A DNA stretch of 46,792 nucleotides from Fibrobacterota bacterium (GTDB taxonomy: Bacteria > Fibrobacterota > Fibrobacteria > UBA11236): positions 1 to 46,792 of the forward strand of contig JAYUVP010000279.1 in the NCBI GenBank assembly GCA_043753995.1. The letters are read 5' to 3'. This document shows positions 36,419 to 44,600 of this stretch, piece after piece. The position numbers and the translations under genes are program-made. Position 1 is the stretch's first letter; the number at the start of each line of letters is the position of its first letter. The notes beneath the pieces are model-generated. The model made no database searches. It saw only the letters and a list, made by a program, of their open reading frames with translations, and was not told the origin of the DNA.

Positions 36419-37356
36419 ACCGCCTCCTTTCTGCGGGGAAAAATAAGGGTAAATGCATTGCCTTGGCGACCGTCCTGCCTTTCCGTAGCGGGAGTCACCG
36501 TGATTTGGCCTTGATGCAATTTCATGATGCTGCGCACGATATACAAACCAAGACCCACCCCGCTTTGCCCCCGCGTCTCCCGGCTGGGAATGCGGTAAAA
36601 GCGCCGGAAAATACGCTTCACGTATTGCCGCGGAATGGGCATGCCACCATCCAGCACGGCCAAGGTGACCTTTTTCGCATCCTTGGCCAAGACCAAATTC
36701 GGCACCGCGCCACGACCGTATTTCTCAGCATTGGTGACCAAGTTGGCTATAGCTAGTTCGAGCAAAACCGGATCGGCATGAACGGAAAATATTTTTTCAC
36801 CGGCTGTCCATTGTAGCGGCCTTGGCCACCTAGCCACGAAGTTGCGAACGAAATCGTCGAGGTCGAGAGTCTGCTTGTCCAAAGGCAGGCGGCCCGTTTC
36901 AATGGCCTGCGATTTCAGCAAGTGGTCAATCAAGGCATTCATGCGCTGACATTCCCCGAGTATGCGATCCAGGAATGCGCTGCGATCGCTTTCGGGGAAA
37001 TCGGATCGCGAGAGGGTTTGGGCGAACATTTGTATCGAAGACATGGGCAGACGCAATTCATGCGTCACCATATTGAGAAAATCCTTTTGCTGGCGCTTGA
37101 AGCGAGCATTACGCAATACGTTGGCGAAAAACACCGAAAGAACGGTCAAAATGGTGGAAAGAAAGACAATGCCCAAGACCAAAACGGTCCATCGGCCTCC
37201 CGAAGGGATGAGAACATTCCCATGCAGGGCTTTATTCAATTCCCTGATGGTTTGATAATCGCCGATAATGAAAATGTTCCAGAAAACCAGCAGGGTCACC
37301 ACCATGCCGATGGCCAAAACGAAAATGGCGGTGTATATGGCTGTTTTCAAATGCAT
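36415..37356 (-). CDS. Sensor histidine kinase (two TM helices, short loop)
   Basis: H-box THELRLP, N-box NLVTNAEKY, DGG, IFRRFYR, GVGLGL. Confidence 0.92.
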   Translation of the reverse strand: MHLKTAIYTAIFVLAIGMVVTLLVFWNIFIIGDYQTIRELNKALHGNVLIPSGGRWTVLVLGIVFLSTILTVLSVFFANVLRNARFKRQQKDFLNMVTHELRLPMSSIQMFAQTLSRSDFPESDRSAFLDRILGECQRMNALIDHLLKSQAIETGRLPLDKQTLDLDDFVRNFVARWPRPLQWTAGEKIFSVHADPVLLELAIANLVTNAEKYGRGAVPNLVLAKDAKKVTLAVLDGGMPIPRQYVKRIFRRFYRIPSRETRGQSGVGLGLYIVRSIMKLHQGQITVTPATERQDGRQGNAFTLIFPRRKEAV

Positions 37357-37412
37357 GGCGGGCCTTCCCCTGGCTGATAAAATAGTCCCTGGCCGTTTCT
37401 TATATTCCAGTC

Positions 37413-38147
37413 ATGATTCCCCGGCTTTGGCCACATTCGCCGGTTCTATTTCTGACCTTGATTCTGGGCGCTTGCAATCTTTTCGAGACCCGTGACTTTA
37501 TTCCCGTTTCCGTCAAAACCATTGCTTTATCCTTGCTGCCCGACGCGGCGACTTTGCTGAAATTTCGCTATGAAGAGCGTCTTCGCTGGACTCGTGGCGG
37601 TATCCTGGACGATACGTTGCTGGGAACCGGAGAAATTCGCTTGACGCGCATAGGCCAGGACAGCCTGCACCAATGCCAAGAAATGACTCGCAGCGTGGTC
37701 GGCGGGGGAACGCTGGCGGGTCGCCTCGATACCATTTGTTTGAGCCAAGGCGATGGCGGATGGTTGGCCTTGGGGCGTCTGGGGTCTGGTGGCGAAGTTT
37801 TACCCTCCCTTCAGCCCATGGATAGCACCCTCCCTGCCCTTTGGAAGCTTTTGCCACCCGGCCTTGAAACGGGAAATCAATGGCATTGGGTTCATGGTAA
37901 TGTCGAAGTCAAGCGAAGCTTGGCTGGCCATGACACTTTGGAGCATGGCACCGCTTTGGCGGAGGCCTGGCATGTGCGAGAATCTTTGTTGGTGACCGGA
38001 GAAGCCTGGTCCAGCGGAGATTATTGGTATGGCGGCAACGGTTTGTTGTTGGCCCGCTGGGAATATCCGGCCTTCATCAAATTTTCGGCGCGCGCCGAGA
38101 ATGAAGGCGAAGCAAAATTTTATCGCGAAGTGCGGAGGATTTTCTGA
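37413..38147 (+). CDS. Hypothetical lipoprotein
   Basis: Lipobox LGAC; beta-rich; first gene of the ABC operon. Confidence 0.7.
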   Translation: MIPRLWPHSPVLFLTLILGACNLFETRDFIPVSVKTIALSLLPDAATLLKFRYEERLRWTRGGILDDTLLGTGEIRLTRIGQDSLHQCQEMTRSVVGGGTLAGRLDTICLSQGDGGWLALGRLGSGGEVLPSLQPMDSTLPALWKLLPPGLETGNQWHWVHGNVEVKRSLAGHDTLEHGTALAEAWHVRESLLVTGEAWSSGDYWYGGNGLLLARWEYPAFIKFSARAENEGEAKFYREVRRIF

Positions 38148-38848
38148 GCGCAGCGCTGGCGACTTGTCGCGACTTGGTCATGGATTATGGAGGCGGTTCC
38201 CGTATTGGCCCGCTCAATCTCGAAGTGAAATCCAGTTCGGCTTTGGCCCTTGTCGGTGCCAATGGAGCGGGTAAAACCACCTTATTGCATATGCTCCTCG
38301 GCTTGCGTTTGCCAACTTCGGGAACCGTGCAATTGCTGGGGATGGCAAGCTCTCAACCGCAGTCGAGGCAAGGCGTTGGCTATTTGCCCGAGGCCGTCGA
38401 TTTTCCCGAGCGTAGCAAGGCTATGGATTTGCTGAAATTGCATTCCAGGTTGACTGGATCCAGCTTACGAACCACTTCCGACTTCGAGGCCTATCTCGAC
38501 GATTTCGGATTGGAAATGACTTCCAAGCCGCTCAAAGCCTATTCCAAGGGCATGAAACAGAGATTGGCCCTTGCCCTGGCCATGATGGATTGCCCTCGTT
38601 TACTCATCCTCGACGAGCCCAATAGCGGCTTGGATCCCGTGGGCATTGCCTTGCTGAGAGCTAAGCTGGACAGTCTCAAGGCGGCCGGGGTTGGCTTAAT
38701 CATTTCGACCCATCGCCTTGCCGAAGTGATGCAGGTGGCCGATCGAGCCGTTGTGATGCATCGCGGCAAAATCGCCGGGGATGCGGCCATGAGCGACTTC
38801 GCCGATTTTTCGGCCTTTGAATCTTTTTTCCTGGAGCGCGCCAGATGA
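38144..38848 (+). CDS. ABC transporter ATP-binding protein
   Basis: GANGAGKTT, YSKGMKQR, ILDEP, STH; probable CTG start at 38144 (the ORF track starts at 38174). Confidence 0.9.
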   Translation: MSAALATCRDLVMDYGGGSRIGPLNLEVKSSSALALVGANGAGKTTLLHMLLGLRLPTSGTVQLLGMASSQPQSRQGVGYLPEAVDFPERSKAMDLLKLHSRLTGSSLRTTSDFEAYLDDFGLEMTSKPLKAYSKGMKQRLALALAMMDCPRLLILDEPNSGLDPVGIALLRAKLDSLKAAGVGLIISTHRLAEVMQVADRAVVMHRGKIAGDAAMSDFADFSAFESFFLERAR

Positions 38849-39642
38849 ATATTTTGGGCCTCCGGGGCTTGTGGATCATCCTGCGCTATGAGTTGAGGCA
38901 AGCCACTCGAAATGTTCTGACCTGGGCTGCTTTATTGTGTTTGCTTGGATTACCTCCGGCCATGGGTTTTATTTTCGGCGGAAGCATACAGGTGAATGGG
39001 CACCCGGTGGCTGAGCAAATACGCCAAACCTATGGCGTGGTGGTGGGCTTGACCACGGTGAATTTTCTCGCGACCCTTTATGTGCTTTGTCTTTCCCTGG
39101 AGCGCACAGGCTCTTCCTATTTGCGGCATAATGACATTTTGATTTTGGCGCGCTCCGTGGGACGCATACCGTTTTGGCTTGCGAAATGGGCCGGTATATT
39201 TCTGCCAGGCCTAGCTTATTTGGCTCTGGGTTTGGCGTTTGTCTTAGAGGAAATCGTAAGACATGGCGGAATTTGGTCGCCCCATTTACTCGCAGCCGAA
39301 TTGCCATTGGGCTTGGGAATCATGCTTTTAGCTGCTCTCTATTTGGCCTTGCGCAACTTTTTCGGCAACTTCATCATTTTCTTTGTGTGGCTTCTGGTTT
39401 TGCCTGTGCTCTATGTCGGCGACCTTTGGCATTTGTATGGTGGAGTATTGCGTGAAGCCGGCCCTCGTCTTGGCCTATTGGGCCTATTGCCACAATTGGG
39501 AAGCCTTCATGGTTTGGCCCTAGGTTGGGCCCAACCCAATTTACAGCGGCCCGAGGCCATGCTCGCCTTAATTAATGGCGCGATTTGGATTTTGGCGGGA
39601 GTCGGCTTCGGCTTGATAACTTTTGCGCGCAAGCGCCTTTAG
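38845..39642 (+). CDS. ABC-2-type transporter permease
   Basis: About 6 TM helices; ILARSVGRIPFWLAKW motif; ends FARKRL; ATGA overlap with the ATPase gene. Confidence 0.75.
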   Translation: MNILGLRGLWIILRYELRQATRNVLTWAALLCLLGLPPAMGFIFGGSIQVNGHPVAEQIRQTYGVVVGLTTVNFLATLYVLCLSLERTGSSYLRHNDILILARSVGRIPFWLAKWAGIFLPGLAYLALGLAFVLEEIVRHGGIWSPHLLAAELPLGLGIMLLAALYLALRNFFGNFIIFFVWLLVLPVLYVGDLWHLYGGVLREAGPRLGLLGLLPQLGSLHGLALGWAQPNLQRPEAMLALINGAIWILAGVGFGLITFARKRL

Positions 39643-39650
39643 GATTTATG

Positions 39651-41543
39651 TCAAGCATTGGGCGAAGACGTTTTGATTTCTGGATCAATTCCATTCAGAT
39701 AAATATTGGATCGATCCGTTGAGTAATTCAAGAACTTGAAATAGAGCTTGCCCCCGGTTAAATCGTCCCGAGTCAGGGATATTTCCGAGACATCGCCGAA
39801 GGAGAAAAAGCGCTTGATGCCGCCCCTATCGTCGAAAATGAGAATCATATTGGCAGGGACATTCACGGAGCGCACTACGGTGCGAGAATCTCCGGCCGCC
39901 ATCGCCCCATTGTATTTCTTATGGGCATCGACGACCATGTCGACATAGCTGAAATTGCGATCGCGCGCGGCGGCTTCGCCGGCCTTGTCCTGCTTCCAGC
40001 GGATGCGGCTATCGGGTCTCCAGGATCCCGAAGGCACATAACTGAAAAAGGTGAAGCCGGTGGAAAAGGATCCAAGTGCGACAAGGCCGACAAAGCTCTC
40101 CAAATCCTGCTGAGACGTGCGTCCTTTGGGCGAAGTGTAGACATAGGCCGACTGGCTAGTCTTTTCCTCTAAAGACATTTTAGACAAATCAATGGAGCCC
40201 TCCGCCATGCTGAATTTATTCACGTAGGCTAGGGTGTCGCTGAATTTAACCTTGCCCACCTTGAGCTTGACTTGGCCGCTGCCGACATAACTCGATTTCA
40301 AAAAACCGCTTTGCGTTCCCAAAGCCTTGCTGGCATCTTCGTCCAGAGACACGGAGGTTTCACCCTTGAAGGTGAAGGATTTCAGGGCATTGAGGGTTTG
40401 TTTGAATTTTTCCTTTTGCTCTTTTTCCTGGTTTTCCTGCTCTGCCCGCAAAGCCGCGAGTTGAGCGGCCTCCTGCTGAATTTGTTCCGCTTCCGCCTCA
40501 GCTTGGTTTTGTTGGTTTTGATAGGCCAAATCGACGCGCTCCATCAAGGCCTTCAATTCCGATTGAAATCCATTCCAAGCGAGCTTGCGTTGTTCCAGGG
40601 GATCGCGCAATTCGGCTTGCTTCGATCGCAATTGCATTTCCAGACGCTCTTCCACCTCCAAGGGAAAGTCAACTCCGTCTTTCCGCGCAGCTTCCAACAA
40701 TTGGCTGAATAGCATATCGGTATTCAGTACATCGGTGAGCTTACTCAAAATGTCTTGCACGACTTGCTTGTCGGATTTCCACTTGTCTGCCAGTTTTTTT
40801 AATTCTTCGCGGGCGTGCCCAGCTTTTGGCCCGCTGGGTCCGACTTGACCGCGCCAATAATCCAATTGCAGGCTATAGGCATCATATAGGGATTCATTTT
40901 TCTGCAAGTCAAATCCTTTTAATTGCCCTTCGATGTAGTGAGCTAAATACCCTTCGGCATAAGCCACCATCCAAATATCGCGCAAAGCGGCATAGCTTTG
41001 CTCCAGAGCGGCCAATCCAGCTAGGAAGGCTGTTTTCGGTTGCAAGCTGCCGGCCTCGTAGGGCTTCAATTGGCGAACGAATTCGTCCCGGGTTTCGACC
41101 GAAAATATTTTTCCCTGCTGCCGGAAGCGCTCTTCAATGCGAAATGCGACCACTTGCACATACATTTCATTGATCAACTTTTGAACGTCGACCCGATGCG
41201 CGCTTAAACCGGAAATTTTCGACTCGAAGGAGCGAAATTCTTCCGCCGCTTTGACTTCAATGGGGCGCTTCGAAGCGGATGTGCGCAGCCTTTCCAGGTC
41301 TTTTTTCGCTTTTTCGAGCTGCAACGACCAAGCCGCAAAGGGGAAACTCTGATTTAAGGATTTCAAATGTTCGCGTAAGGTCGCTTTGGCCTCGCGAATC
41401 GCTATGGAATCGATTCTGGACTGCGCCGTCGCATTTACAGTTAGGAGATTAAAAAACAAGACAGATACAAATATCGCAAAATAATATTTTGGGATAAGGA
41501 CCCGTGGAGGTGCCGGGACCAGGGAACGACATTCTATGGTCAA
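39651..41543 (-). CDS. Hypothetical exported protein (long coiled coil plus C-terminal beta domain)
   Basis: Signal-like segment ending ATA; Q/E/A/K-rich coiled coil; beta-rich C-terminal third; start codon uncertain. Confidence 0.7.
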   Translation of the reverse strand: MTIECRSLVPAPPRVLIPKYYFAIFVSVLFFNLLTVNATAQSRIDSIAIREAKATLREHLKSLNQSFPFAAWSLQLEKAKKDLERLRTSASKRPIEVKAAEEFRSFESKISGLSAHRVDVQKLINEMYVQVVAFRIEERFRQQGKIFSVETRDEFVRQLKPYEAGSLQPKTAFLAGLAALEQSYAALRDIWMVAYAEGYLAHYIEGQLKGFDLQKNESLYDAYSLQLDYWRGQVGPSGPKAGHAREELKKLADKWKSDKQVVQDILSKLTDVLNTDMLFSQLLEAARKDGVDFPLEVEERLEMQLRSKQAELRDPLEQRKLAWNGFQSELKALMERVDLAYQNQQNQAEAEAEQIQQEAAQLAALRAEQENQEKEQKEKFKQTLNALKSFTFKGETSVSLDEDASKALGTQSGFLKSSYVGSGQVKLKVGKVKFSDTLAYVNKFSMAEGSIDLSKMSLEEKTSQSAYVYTSPKGRTSQQDLESFVGLVALGSFSTGFTFFSYVPSGSWRPDSRIRWKQDKAGEAAARDRNFSYVDMVVDAHKKYNGAMAAGDSRTVVRSVNVPANMILIFDDRGGIKRFFSFGDVSEISLTRDDLTGGKLYFKFLNYSTDRSNIYLNGIDPEIKTSSPNA

Positions 41544-41557
41544 AATGAAAAACCTTC

Positions 41558-41580
41558 AAAAAGAGCCGGGACCTCGGCTC
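41558..41580 (-). terminator. Intrinsic terminator after the giant repeat protein
   Basis: Minus strand GAGCCG-aggtcc-CGGCTC followed by TTTTT. Confidence 0.65.
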
Positions 41581-41592
41581 AGCTGTGAGGGG

Positions 41593-41623
41593 AAAAATAC
41601 CAGCCTATTGCTGAATTGGCTGG
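41593..41623 (-). terminator. Second terminator-like hairpin
   Basis: Minus strand CCAGCC-N12-GGCTGG followed by TATTTTT. Confidence 0.45.
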
Positions 41624-41638
41624 GAACTCCGTCGAGTT

Positions 41639-44600
41639 CTAGCGGGGAAGGGTGGCGAAACGATAGGTCAGTGCACGCCTTAGGGTATGACCTTGAATTT
41701 CCATCCGTAAAAACAGGATGCCCGAGCCTGCGGTATGGGTGTCCAGAGGCACCCAATGCCGGCCTTCCGCCTTGCGTTCTTGCCCCCGCATAAGCACTCG
41801 ACCGGTGGCATTGCATAATAGCCAGGAAACACCTGCTACTTCGGGTAAATCCAGCCTTAGGCCCCATTGTCCACCCGCATGGACGAGAGATCCAGAGAAG
41901 GGAGGTGGACCCGCGGTATAGCCGCGCAGGGCAGCCTTAATCAAGGCTTGAGGGGCTACCCAAACCGAAAGGGTATCCAACGGGTCAATCGAGGCGGGAA
42001 TGGGTGAATTCGGGTCCAGCGGATAATGGATACGGCGTCTTGGTGAAACCAAAACCGCGTCATAGCCAGGAGGCAAAGTACCGCTTTTCATTTGCAAGGA
42101 AACCTCTTCTGAGGTTTCCGACCCCAAGCCGTGAACGTTCAATAATTTCCAGGTCATGAATGCCGCTGGCTTATAGGCTATCCAATCGGATTGTAATTCG
42201 CGATTTTCCCGAATGACTTTTAGACTTCCGCGGCCTTCATTCTGGGGAATTACCGGTTCATCTTCCATTCCGAGGCCATCAGCGACTCCGGTCATAGCTC
42301 CGATTTCGACGGCTGAGCCCTTTGAGGTTTGAATCGAAAGGCGAATAAAGGCTTGACCCGCAGCCTTGGCCAAACCGACCGTGGAAAATACGGGTGTTTG
42401 GGATAAAACTACAACGGCGTCACCGTAGCTATAAACCCAATACCCACGCCAGGGTTCCAAGGAATCGGATGGAACATACTCGTTGGTTTCCGGACGGAAT
42501 TCCCAAGGCGCTTTGACTATGCTCTGGCCATAAGTCGACCCTAAGTTACGAGGAAATGGCCAATACATTTTCTGAGGTTGAGGGGTTCCCACCAAATTCC
42601 AACCGAGCTTGAGAGTGATTCTTATTTGACCTTGCTCCGGAGGGGCTGTTTGCATGGCCGGTAATTTGACCGAATTCAGGGCCGTTTCGGATGCGATCCA
42701 ATAACCTTGGCCCGGCACAAAGGTCGTGTCGTCTTTTAGCTCCACCCAATTTCGTTTGAGATTGAAGGTCATGGTTTTGTGGCTGCTTGTAGCATTGGTT
42801 TGCCAAAACTGGCCAACCGTGAGTGGTACCAAAGGCTGAACGGGAAAGCTGACAAGGTCCCAACTGCGGGCGGTTTTAAGACCTATTCGAATGGCCTTTC
42901 CACTTTGAGCACCTGTTAATTTTTGCGAAAGGAGTAGGCGTTGATTGGCTCCTTCGGGTATTCGCACGCTGAATGTGCCATCGGAAACCGATAGACTTGC
43001 CGTCAGCGCTTGCAATTCACCGTTTGGTGATTTCAAACGAAAGTTCAATTCGCCTGGCGACATGAAGGGGCCTTGATTGATGCCCGCCTTCGGGGCATCG
43101 CTGCGGCTGAAGTCGAAAAGAAGATTGGCCACATTATCCAGAATGCGAAAGCTGATTTGCGTCGAATCACCGGCGACAATTTCATCGCCGAGAAAGGTCA
43201 CTATCGGTTTTTGCTGATCCTGGCCGAGGAAGTATACCCCGGCTTCGAGAATCAAGATAGAGTCGGAATTGGAAACGAAATAAACCTTTCCGTCAGTTGC
43301 GACACGATACAGGGATCGTTTTTCATCCGAGGGTTTATTGAATAGAATGGATGGAAAGCCGGGTAAGTTGCTGCTGGGAGCCAAGGTTGGTTTTATGTCC
43401 ATCCCGAAGGAAACGTCGCCAAAGCCCTTGAGGTCGAGGGAGTCAGCCGAAAACAGGCTAATCACCACGGGCACGGCGGGCTCACTAGCATGCGAAAGGG
43501 AAAGGGGTGTTCCTTCTATTTGATAAGTCGTTCCTGGGAAAAGCACATAAGACGAGGCCGGAATGATGGAATAGTTTTCGACTAGGACCGAGCTGGCCAA
43601 ATTCCCAACAACACCGACGGCCTTCAAAGTCGACGAAGTCGTTATAGAAATGGTGTCGCCAGGGAGAAACTCCTCGGCCGAGCCTGGAATCGGTATTTCC
43701 CCGTTCAAGGTGTAATAGAGTTTGACCTTTTTGGATCGATGCTTTAAAACCACTTTGGCATTACCGACCTTGATGCCGCCAGTAGGCGATGCCCGCGGGG
43801 TATCGGGAATCAAGGTATAGGTTTCCATCATCACTGGGCTATTCACATAGCCAGGCAGGGTGGCTATGGCCCTCAGAGTGGTGGTCGAATCAAGGCGCAA
43901 GGTATCCACATACAGAGGAGAGACCAGAGGATCGGGATTCGTGCCATTGAGGGTATAATAAATGTTCAGTTTTTTCCGGCTTCCGCGCAAACTCACCTTT
44001 TGCGTATCACGAAAGACTCGGCCGGAAGGCTCGGCCACGGGCGCTAATAAATTGGCCCCTTCTGGTATCCAGTTATAGAAGCGCAGTAAGGTGTCACTTG
44101 GGATTTTATTTTTGCCCAGTGCAACGCAGTGCAAGGTGGTTTGCTGAGTGAAAAAAAACGGAGATTTGTAAAGTATGGACGAGCTTACAGGTAGAAGCAT
44201 TTCGTCTAAGGGTTGAGAACCATCGAGGGTGCAATATATCGATGTGCCTGCGGGTTTTGCTTCCACGGTCACGGTGACATTGGTGTCGAAGTCGACATCG
44301 TCTTTAGGATCAATCACTAGGGTTGGCGCTTGGACATAATTCAATACCAGACTATCGCTGGGCAGCCAATTGTCCCTTTCGGCAAAAGCTTTCAAAGTCA
44401 GGGGGCGATCCACGAGAATAAGCCCGAAAACCTGCTTGCGCGTAGCCGACGTAAAAGGGCTGGAGCCATCCAAGGTATACCAAATGCGCACACTATCCTT
44501 GTTTGTACTCAATTCGACTTTCAGAGAATCCGTGAAACGGAGGCTTGCAGGTTGTGCTATTAGGGAGGGGACCTTGGGCTTGGCCTGAGTGAGTACATAT

